From contig FR893142.1 in the NCBI GenBank assembly GCA_000433355.1, forward strand, positions 4,772 through 68,771: DNA of 64,000 nt. The letters are read 5' to 3'. The notes beneath the pieces were generated by a model, which worked only from the letters and a program-made list of their open reading frames with translations, was not told the DNA's origin and did not search any database. The position numbers were made by a program, and so were the translations under genes. Position 1 is the stretch's first letter. The number at the start of each line of letters is the position of its first letter. Below are positions 51,091 through 59,765 of this stretch, piece after piece. This DNA is from Alistipes sp. CAG:435. GTDB lineage: Bacteria; Bacteroidota; Bacteroidia; Bacteroidales; UBA932.

Positions 51091-52142
51091 TACGCCTCAC
51101 CTCCTTCTTTTTTAGCCGGGGATTTCGCTTCAGCCGCCTTCCGGGCAGCCTCCTCCTCAGCAAGTTGGGACTGATAAGTGACTGTCACAAAGCGCACCGC
51201 GGCAGGAAGTGCGGTGGCATTCTCCTCATCCGAAGCGGAAGCCTTGGCGAACTTAACAAAGTCAGCCGTCTCGAAAAGCGTCTTCATCTCCTCATAAAGA
51301 TCCGCGGGAACTCCGGAAGATTTCAGATCCTTGAATATCTCAGCCGTCGTCATCTCCATGGCGTCTATGCCGTAGCGCGCGTCAATATATTCCCTCAGCG
51401 CGTCCGTGATTCCGGAATAGAACGTCTTCTGCTTCTCCGGTGCCCAGTATTTGCTGCCACGGAAATGGTCCAGCCTTCGCAAAGCGACCAGATAAGGCGG
51501 ATCCTTGTGAGCGACACTTCCCTCTTTCTTCCGCCTCATAGCGAAGAAAGCCCAGATCAGGATGACAACAATCGCGACCGCCCATATTCCTAGAACATAA
51601 GGGATTATCTCCGAGGCCTTGAGCGGATAGCGGATCTGGCCTTTGATGTCGTGGATCTGATAGGTCGTTGTGTCCACCGGCATCGTAAAGATGTCAAGTT
51701 TCTGTGAAGCGAAGACCAACGTGTCAATCCTGTCCACTCCTGAAGCCCTCACCAAGGACAGCGGCAAAAGTTCGTATTTACCTTCGTCAAAGGATGTTAT
51801 GATCATCGAGACATCAATGTCGTACGACTTTGGCTCATTCTTTTTGCCCTGGACCTTGACCGTGTCAACCATGAAAGGCAGAACGATCTCCACGCTGTCC
51901 ATAAAGCCCTTGGAGAAATCAGGCAGGGCGAAACGGGTTCCCTCCGCAACATCCTTAAGATGGAATCCGTAGCGGAACTGGTCGCCGATCAGCGCCGAGT
52001 CACGTTTCTGGAGAGGCTCCAGGAAGGAATCCTCCGACTTTATCAGCATACCTTTACTTTGCGGGGCCTGCTGTCCGGAGGCTGCGATGGTGGTGATCAT
52101 CGCGGCGCAGAAAAGCGACAAACCGTAAATCAATCTCTTCAT
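51090..52142 (-). CDS. Bat-operon hypothetical membrane protein
   Basis: 350 aa with a signal peptide and one internal TM. It sits at the conserved position between DUF58 and batA. Confidence 0.45.
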   Translation of the reverse strand: MKRLIYGLSLFCAAMITTIAASGQQAPQSKGMLIKSEDSFLEPLQKRDSALIGDQFRYGFHLKDVAEGTRFALPDFSKGFMDSVEIVLPFMVDTVKVQGKKNEPKSYDIDVSMIITSFDEGKYELLPLSLVRASGVDRIDTLVFASQKLDIFTMPVDTTTYQIHDIKGQIRYPLKASEIIPYVLGIWAVAIVVILIWAFFAMRRKKEGSVAHKDPPYLVALRRLDHFRGSKYWAPEKQKTFYSGITDALREYIDARYGIDAMEMTTAEIFKDLKSSGVPADLYEEMKTLFETADFVKFAKASASDEENATALPAAVRFVTVTYQSQLAEEEAARKAAEAKSPAKKEGGEA

Positions 52143-52144
52143 CT

Positions 52145-53044
52145 CTATCTCCTCCCGAAAAATGTCATCAAGCCTTTGACATAATCCTGATTTGTGGCGA
52201 TGTCCACAGAATCAATCTTATAGCGGTTGAACAGCTTCCTCTCCCCATCCTCGACGGCACCGAACCATTTTGAATATTCAGCCCTCGTCCTCTTGCTGGA
52301 GGTATTGATCCAGGCCGACTCGCCTGTCTCGGAGTCCTTGACGTGCACCAGACCGACATCCGGAATCGTCCTCTCACGAGGGTCGTGAACCTTGATGACG
52401 GAAATGTCGTGACGGTTGCGGGCAACTTTCAAGGCATCTTCATAGCGAGGCGAGCCATCCGGATTGGCATCCAGCATGTCGGAAAGCACGAAAGCCGTGC
52501 ATTTCTTCTTCATAGCGTTCGTCAGGTACCGCAGAGCCTGTCCGACATCCGTTCCGTTGGATTTAGGCTTGAGCTCGATGATCTCACGGATGATGTGGAG
52601 CAGATGGCTGCGGCCCTTCTTCGGCGGGATGAACTCCTCTACCCTGTCGCTGAAGAAAAGCGCCCCGACCTTGTCGTTGTTGATTATGGCCGAGAAACTC
52701 AAGACCGCCGCGATCTCCGCTATCAGATCCCTCTTCGTCCTCTCGCTCGTTCCGAAAAGACCTGAACGGCTGATGTCGATCAGAAGGACGACCGTCATCT
52801 CCCTCTCCTCCTCGAAAACCTTGACGTAAGGAGAGCGCAGACGGGCGGTCACATTCCAGTCCATAGAACGCACATCGTCCCCGTACTGGTACTCACGCAC
52901 CTCGCTGAAGGCCATTCCACGGCCTTTGAAGGCACTGTGATATTCACCGGCGAAGATCTGGTGGGACAGAGCCCTGGTGCGGATCTCTATCTTGCGGACC
53001 TTGCGCAGGAGTTCATTGGCTGAGGAATTAGCTGCCATATTCAA
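52145..53044 (-). CDS. DUF58-family protein (MoxR partner)
   Basis: 299 aa, directly downstream of moxR as in MoxR-DUF58-VWA operons. Confidence 0.65.
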   Translation of the reverse strand: MNMAANSSANELLRKVRKIEIRTRALSHQIFAGEYHSAFKGRGMAFSEVREYQYGDDVRSMDWNVTARLRSPYVKVFEEEREMTVVLLIDISRSGLFGTSERTKRDLIAEIAAVLSFSAIINNDKVGALFFSDRVEEFIPPKKGRSHLLHIIREIIELKPKSNGTDVGQALRYLTNAMKKKCTAFVLSDMLDANPDGSPRYEDALKVARNRHDISVIKVHDPRERTIPDVGLVHVKDSETGESAWINTSSKRTRAEYSKWFGAVEDGERKLFNRYKIDSVDIATNQDYVKGLMTFFGRR

Positions 53045-53072
53045 AAACCTGAATTAAACCAAACATAGTCCA

Positions 53073-54065
53073 TTACGGGACCTGTACGGCGTTGATCACT
53101 TCGGCGATGATCTGCTCGGTCGTGACATTCTCCGCCTCGGCCTCGTAGGTCAGTCCGATTCTGTGGCGCAGGACCTCGTTGCAGACGGCCCTGACATCCT
53201 CAGGAATCACATAGCCTCTTCTCTTGATGAAGGCGTAGGCCTTGGAAGCCATTGACAATGAGATGCTCGCACGAGGTGAGGCTCCGAACGAGATGAGATC
53301 CTTGATCTTCCCCAGACCATAATCGTCCGGAGTACGGGTGGCATATACGATGTCCACAATGTACCTTTCGATCTTCTCGTCCATATAGACATCCCTGACG
53401 ACGCTTCTGGCGCGCACGATGTCCTCCGGTTTGATCACCGGATTGACTGTCGGGAACTCACCAGAATTATTCATCCTGATGATTTGCCTTTCCTCCTCTT
53501 TCTTAGGATATTTCACGATGACCTTCAGCATGAAACGGTCCACCTGGGCCTCAGGAAGCGGATAGGTTCCCTCCTGCTCGATAGGGTTCTGCGTGGCCAT
53601 CACGAGGAACGGCTCCGGAAGCTTGAACGTCTGGTCACCGATCGTCACCTGACGCTCCTGCATAGCCTCCAGAAGGGCTGACTGCACCTTCGCCGGGCTA
53701 CGGTTGATCTCATCCGCGAGCACGAAGTTGGCGAAGACCGGTCCCTTGTGCACCTCGAACGACTCGTCCTTCTGTGAATATATCATCGTACCGATAAGGT
53801 CGGCAGGAAGAAGGTCCGGGGTGAACTGGATACGGCTGAACTTCGCATCGATCGCCTTTGACAATGTACTGATGGCCAAGGTCTTCGCCAATCCCGGCAC
53901 ACCTTCCAGAAGAATATGTCCGTTGGCGAGAAGTCCGATCAGAAGGTTCTCCACCAGCTGTTTCTGTCCGATGATGACCTTGCCCATCTCAAGGGACAGC
54001 ATATCCACGAAGGCGCTTTCCTTCTGGATCCTGTCATTGAGTTCCTTGATGTTTACACTTTCCAT
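53073..54065 (-). CDS. moxR: MoxR-family AAA+ ATPase
   Basis: Walker A GVPGLAKT, Walker B/sensor VLADEINR. 330 aa. Confidence 0.85.
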   Translation of the reverse strand: MESVNIKELNDRIQKESAFVDMLSLEMGKVIIGQKQLVENLLIGLLANGHILLEGVPGLAKTLAISTLSKAIDAKFSRIQFTPDLLPADLIGTMIYSQKDESFEVHKGPVFANFVLADEINRSPAKVQSALLEAMQERQVTIGDQTFKLPEPFLVMATQNPIEQEGTYPLPEAQVDRFMLKVIVKYPKKEEERQIIRMNNSGEFPTVNPVIKPEDIVRARSVVRDVYMDEKIERYIVDIVYATRTPDDYGLGKIKDLISFGASPRASISLSMASKAYAFIKRRGYVIPEDVRAVCNEVLRHRIGLTYEAEAENVTTEQIIAEVINAVQVP

Positions 54066-54109
54066 ATTATACTGTTTTTACTATTTTTGCAATCTAAACA
54101 ATCATATCA

Positions 54110-54880
54110 ATGCGCTACCGGATCACCCTTTCTTATGACGGCTCGTCATTCTGCGGCTGGCAGATTCAGAACGATACAATGACCGTTCAGGAGTGTCTTC
54201 AGAATGCTCTTTCGACCCTCTTGAAGGAGGACATTGCCGTCACAGGCGCCGGACGGACCGATTCGAAGGTGAACGCCATCAACTACGTGGCCCACTTCGA
54301 GGCCTCGGATCCGGGCATTGACGCAAGCGCGGTTGGCTACAAAATAAATGCCATTTTACCCGCCGGAATCAAGGTACATTCGATCGCGCTTTGCGATCCA
54401 GAGTTCCACGCCAGATTCGACGCCACACAGCGTGAGTACAAGTACTTTATCCACCGCCGCCGGGACCCGTTTATGCGGGAATATTCCTACCTCTACACAT
54501 TCCCTTTGGACGTTGAGAAGATGAACCGCGCCGCCCAGGCACTTCTCGGTAGACACGACTTCAGCTGCTTCGAGAAAGTCGGCAGCGGCAACAAGACATC
54601 CATCTGCACCGTCACCCAGGCCAGTTGGGAGACATATTCCCCCGACCACGTCAGAATGATGGGCTACCCCGCCGAGGAAGGCGACTACCTCGTCTTCACC
54701 ATCCGCGCCGACCGTTTTCTCAGGAATATGGTCCGCGCCGTGGTCGGCTCCCTCCTTGAGGTAGGCCGCGGCAAGCGCGATGAGTCCTGGATCGCCACCC
54801 TCACCCAAGGCGGATCCCGCTCCTCCGCCGGCGAATCCGTCCCCGGCAACGCCCTCTTCCTCACCAAGGTGGAATATTGA
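54110..54880 (+). CDS. truA: tRNA pseudouridine(38-40) synthase
   Basis: N-terminus MRYRITLSYDGSSFCGWQIQ and catalytic GAGRTD. The last 14 codons are duplicated at 57200-57240. Confidence 0.85.
   Translation: MRYRITLSYDGSSFCGWQIQNDTMTVQECLQNALSTLLKEDIAVTGAGRTDSKVNAINYVAHFEASDPGIDASAVGYKINAILPAGIKVHSIALCDPEFHARFDATQREYKYFIHRRRDPFMREYSYLYTFPLDVEKMNRAAQALLGRHDFSCFEKVGSGNKTSICTVTQASWETYSPDHVRMMGYPAEEGDYLVFTIRADRFLRNMVRAVVGSLLEVGRGKRDESWIATLTQGGSRSSAGESVPGNALFLTKVEY
54827..54867. repeat. Direct repeat DR1 (41 nt) inside the truA 3' end
   Basis: gccggcgaatccgtccccggcaacgccctcttcctcaccaa matches 57200-57240 at 40 of 41 positions. Confidence 0.75.
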
Positions 54881-54885
54881 CGAGT

Positions 54886-55650
54886 CTATCGAAGCTCCTT
54901 AAATTCCAGAATATCCAGCATCGAGAACAGGATTCCGTTTATCGAAGAATTCCAACTCTGGTGGAAGTGTCCGTAGTACCAATGATTAACCGGTTGATGA
55001 TTAATGGTCAGGAAGTCATATATCAGATCCATTATTTTCCTCTCCTTCGAGCAATCTTCCAACAAGGTCGGATCAGCCTGTGCCCACCCGGACAGTCCAG
55101 CCTTGTCTATGAGTTCACAGAATGAAGGCGCCGTATGAGTCACAACAGTATCAATCAGCATGCTCTGAGTGATGACAGCCAGACGCTCCAAATCAAGACG
55201 CGGGGCTTCACTCTTCCAATATGTCGCGGTCAGGGAAGGATGTAAGCGTGAGTCTTCCGCGATCCTTGCGGAGCGATCCACGCTGACAGCACCTCCAACG
55301 CACAGTATGTTATGGCCACAAACCTCTATCACGCCATAATCCGGGATAGTTCTAAATCTTTTATGGCGGACTCTCTGTTCGTTGAAATACGACGGATCAT
55401 CGTGGTTGCCACGCACCATAGCGATGTAGTTGTTCGCCTTTGACAACTTAGGTGAGATCCGACTGAAAACCTGTTCATAGTAGGCAGGTTTCTCAAAACC
55501 GAAGCCACAATCCCCAGCCACTATCAAAAGCGTGTCACTCATACCATAACGCACACACAACCGGAACGCCAATTCTCTGAATTCTCCGTGTACGTCCCCG
55601 CAGATCACAACGGATTTCACATCGGGATAAGCAAATACATTATCCATCAT
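54886..55650 (-). CDS. Calcineurin-like metallophosphoesterase (lambda-phosphatase / ApaH-like)
   Basis: Motifs GDVHG, AGDCGFG, GNHDD and GHFH. Its ATG overlaps the nucleotidyltransferase stop as ATGA. Confidence 0.65.
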   Translation of the reverse strand: MMDNVFAYPDVKSVVICGDVHGEFRELAFRLCVRYGMSDTLLIVAGDCGFGFEKPAYYEQVFSRISPKLSKANNYIAMVRGNHDDPSYFNEQRVRHKRFRTIPDYGVIEVCGHNILCVGGAVSVDRSARIAEDSRLHPSLTATYWKSEAPRLDLERLAVITQSMLIDTVVTHTAPSFCELIDKAGLSGWAQADPTLLEDCSKERKIMDLIYDFLTINHQPVNHWYYGHFHQSWNSSINGILFSMLDILEFKELR

Positions 55651-56495
55651 CGTCTTAAGATTTGCGACATCCGCGCCAAAGCACGACGGATTGAATCGTA
55701 TGTGCCTATAACCGCATTATCCAGAAGGTCATTCACCAATGGACTATTCTCTTGCTGTGCAACCTCATTGTCCAACATATCCGCATAATACACCTTGTGA
55801 TCTTCCGAGAGTATATTCAATAAATCCGAGGCGATCCACTCCGCGCCGGCTACTGTCTGGTCAAAGGTTGAAACATCCAGACTTATTGTCCCGGGAATGG
55901 AATCGCTGGACAAGGCCAAGGTAATGTATGCGTTTTCCAATATGAACTGCATATCCGCGGCATCCTTACGAGTCATCAGACGCCGGTCACACCAAGCATC
56001 CAGTTTAATCAGCCATTGCCCACTTAGCGAAGCCATTCTAAAATCGAACCGATCCTCGACAGACACCTCGTCCGCATTCTTCATCACATCCGCAAAACAC
56101 CGTACAGACATCACGGGATTGCCTTCCGGCGGCCAAGCGACCATTTCTTCCTGTGCGATATCACCAAACGGAACTATGTCCACCTCATAACGGACATTCT
56201 CAATCCCACAATAGTAAAATCTCTGTTTCTCAGGAGCTTTGACAAAGCCGTCTTTTATAAGGATCTCGGTCAAGCGTTCATATTCATCCCATTTCTCCAA
56301 AAGCACAGCCACATCCAAATCCATTGTGCGCCTTGGAGCGCTCCCTGCTCCCAACAATTTTAGACTAAGGTCACGCGCCGCCGCACCGACAACATAAACC
56401 TCGGCACCGATTTCTTTGTAAGCTTTCGCCAACGCCTCCAGAACACTCGCCAGAAGGCCATTGCCAAGTTCTTCTCTCTTTAATGTATAGGTCAT
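55647..56495 (-). CDS. Pol-beta-superfamily nucleotidyltransferase, AbiEii-like (DUF1814/COG2253-type)
   Basis: Motifs VVGAAARD (hG[GS/A]), MDLDVAV ([DE]h[DE]h), EVDIV (h[DE]h) and a C-terminal KLDAWCDR that fits KLxAhxxR. First ATG at 56495. The track uses a TTG at 56501 that overlaps the upstream stop. Confidence 0.55.
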   Translation of the reverse strand: MTYTLKREELGNGLLASVLEALAKAYKEIGAEVYVVGAAARDLSLKLLGAGSAPRRTMDLDVAVLLEKWDEYERLTEILIKDGFVKAPEKQRFYYCGIENVRYEVDIVPFGDIAQEEMVAWPPEGNPVMSVRCFADVMKNADEVSVEDRFDFRMASLSGQWLIKLDAWCDRRLMTRKDAADMQFILENAYITLALSSDSIPGTISLDVSTFDQTVAGAEWIASDLLNILSEDHKVYYADMLDNEVAQQENSPLVNDLLDNAVIGTYDSIRRALARMSQILRR

Positions 56496-56497
56496 AT

Positions 56498-57073
56498 TCA
56501 AATCAAAGCTTTAATCCTGCCCGCCGCCTCAGTACATCTGTCATCACCAGTTGAGAGAAGATCTGCATAAACAACTATTATAGGGAAATCCTCTCCCGTC
56601 CAGAATTTACGGTAAACATAGATTTCACCTTCCGGATCCGGAATCATTCGACCGGTAGCAATGAGACAGTCGGCTGATTCTTCGACATATACATCCCATT
56701 TTTGAGGGCGAAGATACCCATCTCTAAGAAATGCTGCCGGTTCTCCTCCCCACCGGGCTTGCGATGGGAGCAGGATATCCGCCCAATGCTCCCTCACAGA
56801 CTCCGCCAGAAACCGGAACCGGCATATCAGCTGTTTCTTTTTCCTGCCTTCGGAATAGTCTCTGGCCCATCTGTCTATCAAGAACATGCGTTTCCGCAGA
56901 ATACGTCCCGCAGATGTCTCAACCACAAAACCCCGCTCAGCCAAATCCGACATCACCCCCTGCACGGATCCAAGCGACAATCCGGTCTCCTTAGCCATTT
57001 GTCTGTATGTCTTGCTGATGTTTGTCTTGTCCTGCAACAGAAACAACACCAATCTCATTTCTGACTTCTGCAT
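56498..57073 (-). CDS. Winged-HTH protein with an approximately 130-aa C-terminal domain (AbiEi-like antitoxin/regulator candidate)
   Basis: N-terminal wHTH (ISKTYRQMAKETGLSLGSVQGVMSDLAERGFV). 191 aa. First gene of the three-gene operon. Confidence 0.5.
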   Translation of the reverse strand: MQKSEMRLVLFLLQDKTNISKTYRQMAKETGLSLGSVQGVMSDLAERGFVVETSAGRILRKRMFLIDRWARDYSEGRKKKQLICRFRFLAESVREHWADILLPSQARWGGEPAAFLRDGYLRPQKWDVYVEESADCLIATGRMIPDPEGEIYVYRKFWTGEDFPIIVVYADLLSTGDDRCTEAAGRIKALI

Positions 57074-57095
57074 CGTTGTTATAATTTTTAACAGT

Positions 57096-57112
57096 GTTCA
57101 AAAATTTTGAAC
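57096..57112. promoter_or_regulatory. Perfect palindromic operator-like site GTTCAAAA-A-TTTTGAAC in the islet-operon leader
   Basis: An 8-bp inverted repeat 23-39 nt upstream of the wHTH start codon. A further TTTTTGAAC half-site lies at 57122-57130. A minus-strand TATTTTTG (-7-like) box lies at 57140-57147 with TTTG 18 nt further upstream. Confidence 0.5.
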
Positions 57113-57199
57113 ATTACTATATTTTTGAACACAACTCCGCAAAAATATAACATTATCAATATATTTCCAAATATTTTAACAGCCGCAACCAACATGTAA

Positions 57200-57240
57200 G
57201 CCGGCGAATCCGTCCCCGGCCACGCCCTCTTCCTCACCAA
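57200..57240. repeat. Direct repeat DR2 (41 nt), a copy of the truA 3' end
   Basis: gccggcgaatccgtccccggccacgccctcttcctcaccaa. Confidence 0.75.
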
Positions 57241-57768
57241 TATAGTTCCCTAAGTAAATATTAAGTCTCTACATAGTTTCTTTTGCAATTGTCAGGAACA
57301 TTCATGTCTGCCTGATGGCCCTGCAGCCAGCATGTCCGTTCCTCATGTCGGTTTTCCACATTGCGTTGGGAACGTCGAACCGCATTGCAGGTGTCTGCAA
57401 GGTAAAGGACTGTTCCCGCTAATTGCAGCGTCAGAAATAGCCCTCAATGAATTTCATGGCTCTCAACCACATGAATGTGATCGACAAAGCCACATACCCT
57501 TGTCTTGACCTTCATATTGGAACGACAATCTGTTGTTTATCAGAGAAATGAATTTCCTGGTGCGCGCCGATTTCGCACATAGGAGGGAGCGACGCCCGAA
57601 GAACGCTTTGTAATGACTGTTCCGGCTTCCTGGTGTGCCAAAACCTTCACAAACCTAAAGGTGGAATATTAATGAGCGAGGTCTCAAAAAAAATGCGTAC
57701 CTTTGTGGTTCCGTGGCGTGAAATGTGCAGTTGCACGCCGGAAATGTTTGTAAATAATAAAAACATAC

Positions 57769-58530
57769 GTGATAATTATGTTGTTCCAAGTTTTGCAGGC
57801 CGTGGGCCTGGATTCTGCGGCGGCCGAGATGGCCGAGGATATGGCACAGGGGGCCGCGCCTGTGGCGGATCTTGCTCCACAGCAGGTTGAGCAGTCGTTC
57901 TCACTCATCGAGATGGCGACCAAGGGTGGCTGGCTGATGATCGTGCTGGCAATTCTGTCGGTGATCGCCATCTACATATTCGGAAAGAAATGGTGGATGA
58001 TCCACAAGGCGGGACAGGTTGACAAGAACTTCATGCGCGACATCCGCGACTATATTCATGAAGGGAAGGTGAAGTCGGCTGTCTCGCTCTGCCAGAAATA
58101 TGACTCTCCGGTGGCGCGTCTCGTGGAGAAGGGAATCGAGCGCATCGGAAGACCTCTCGCTGACATTCAGACATCTGTCGAGAACATGGGCAACGTCGAG
58201 ATCGCGAGGCTTGAGAAGGGGCTCCCTATGCTCGCCACCATCGCCGGTGGAGCGCCGATGATCGGATTCCTCGGAACCGTGCTCGGTATGGTGCAGGCCT
58301 TCTTCAATATGGCGAACGCGGGCAACAACATCGACATCACACTGCTTTCGAGCGGTATCTACACGGCGATGATCACCACGGTGGGCGGTCTTATCGTCGG
58401 CATCCTCGCCTACTTCGGCTACAACTATCTGGTCGCTCAGATTTCCAATCTGATGTTTATGATGGAGAACGCGACGATTGACTTTATGGATCTTCTGCAC
58501 GAACCTGCAGGCAACGAGGAGGAGAAGTAG
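57769..58530 (+). CDS. exbB: MotA/TolQ/ExbB-family proton channel
   Basis: Three-TM topology and the conserved C-terminal TM block (TTVGGLIVGILAYFGYNYL). The track start is GTG; the likely ATG is at 57778. Confidence 0.75.
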   Translation: MIIMLFQVLQAVGLDSAAAEMAEDMAQGAAPVADLAPQQVEQSFSLIEMATKGGWLMIVLAILSVIAIYIFGKKWWMIHKAGQVDKNFMRDIRDYIHEGKVKSAVSLCQKYDSPVARLVEKGIERIGRPLADIQTSVENMGNVEIARLEKGLPMLATIAGGAPMIGFLGTVLGMVQAFFNMANAGNNIDITLLSSGIYTAMITTVGGLIVGILAYFGYNYLVAQISNLMFMMENATIDFMDLLHEPAGNEEEK

Positions 58531-58533
58531 TCA

Positions 58534-58944
58534 ATGGCATTCAAGAGAACCACAAAGGTCTTGTCGGACACAGCGATGTCTTCGATGACTGACTTGGTGT
58601 TCCTGCTGCTGATCTTCTTTCTGATCACCTCGACACTGGTCAATCCGAACGCGCTGAAGCTCCTGCTTCCTAAGAGCACAGGGCAGGTTTCGGCCAAGCC
58701 TACGGTCACCGTCTCGATCAAGGATTGGGGCGACGACACCTACACCTACCATCTGAACGGCAGCGAGACGCCGGTGCAGTACTCCGAACTGGAGGATGAC
58801 CTTGTCGATCTGCTTCAGACAGAGGAGGATCCGACATTCTCGATCTACTCTGACGAGAGCGTGCCGATCAAGGAAGTCGTGTCGCTGATGAACATAGCGA
58901 AACGCAACCATTACAAGGTAATCTTAGCGACGCAGCCTGAATGA
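58534..58944 (+). CDS. exbD: ExbD/TolR biopolymer transport protein
   Basis: 136 aa, N-terminal TM (LVFLLLIFFLITSTL) and a periplasmic domain. Confidence 0.75.
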   Translation: MAFKRTTKVLSDTAMSSMTDLVFLLLIFFLITSTLVNPNALKLLLPKSTGQVSAKPTVTVSIKDWGDDTYTYHLNGSETPVQYSELEDDLVDLLQTEEDPTFSIYSDESVPIKEVVSLMNIAKRNHYKVILATQPE

Positions 58945-59714
58945 TGAAACCGTACCTTCGTGACAGAGAGAGGGAGGCCAAGGTCTCCACGGTGACCGGG
59001 ATCGTTCTTACGGTCGCGGTCCACGTGCTTGCCTGCCTGCTATGCGTGTTCACGGGGATGAAATACATCTATCCTCCGCCACAGGAGCAGACATTCCTTG
59101 TGGATTTCAGCGAGGACGAGCCTCAGCCGATCAGGAGGCAGAACAGGGGCCGTCAGCCTCAGGCCGAGGAGATCGACAGGACGAAGCCGGTGGAACTGAT
59201 CCAGAGGAGCGAGTCGCCTCACCGGTCCGAGAAGGCGAACAAGACCGCCGAGGCTAAGCCGGACGATTTCGGTGATGTCGAGACTCCTGTGCAGAAGGAG
59301 GAAATCAACAAAAACGCCCTGTTCCCGGGAATGAGCAAGAAGGACTCCTCGAACGCACCTCACAGCGCCACCGAACCCAAGAACGAGTTCAAGGCCGGAC
59401 ATCCTAAGGGAAACACTTCCAGCGGGAAGGCCGAAGGCACACCTAACGCCCGGCTGAAAGGCAGAAACACCTTGGGGGCGATTCCAAGGCCGGCATATTC
59501 AGAGCAGGACTACGGCACCGTCGTGGTGGACATCTGGGTTGACAACTACGGCAATGTGACAAAGGCCGTCCCTGGAGGACAGGGAACGACTGTGAACAAC
59601 TCCAAACTCTGGGCGGCGGCAAGGGCCGCGGCCTTGCAGACACACTTCAACCAGAGCGCTGACGCACCGGCGCTCCAGCAAGGAACGATAACATACGTTT
59701 TCAAATTACAATAG
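58941..59714 (+). CDS. tonB: TonB-family energy transducer
   Basis: N-terminal TM, Pro/Glu/Lys-rich linker and a C-terminal TonB_C-like domain. 4-nt overlap with exbD. Confidence 0.65.
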   Translation: MMKPYLRDREREAKVSTVTGIVLTVAVHVLACLLCVFTGMKYIYPPPQEQTFLVDFSEDEPQPIRRQNRGRQPQAEEIDRTKPVELIQRSESPHRSEKANKTAEAKPDDFGDVETPVQKEEINKNALFPGMSKKDSSNAPHSATEPKNEFKAGHPKGNTSSGKAEGTPNARLKGRNTLGAIPRPAYSEQDYGTVVVDIWVDNYGNVTKAVPGGQGTTVNNSKLWAAARAAALQTHFNQSADAPALQQGTITYVFKLQ

Positions 59715-59765
59715 AAAAACATTTTACTTATTTATTTTTAATTAATGGCGTGAGCCACAAACATT

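Noticed and set aside
54827-57240. Interpreting the truA islet as an integrative element carrying its own integrase, or as an antibiotic-resistance cassette (ANT/Lnu nucleotidyltransferase).
   Set aside because: No integrase or recombinase ORF exists between the repeats. The NTase carries the AbiEii-type KLxAhxxR motif and is paired with a wHTH gene and a palindromic operator. That fits a TA/Abi module better than an aminoglycoside or lincosamide NTase.
57633-57971. ORFs 57633-57890 (+) and 57684-57971 (-) upstream of and overlapping exbB.
   Set aside because: They overlap the exbB start and the att-like repeat, and their products are low-complexity G/R-rich or C-rich. They are treated as non-coding.
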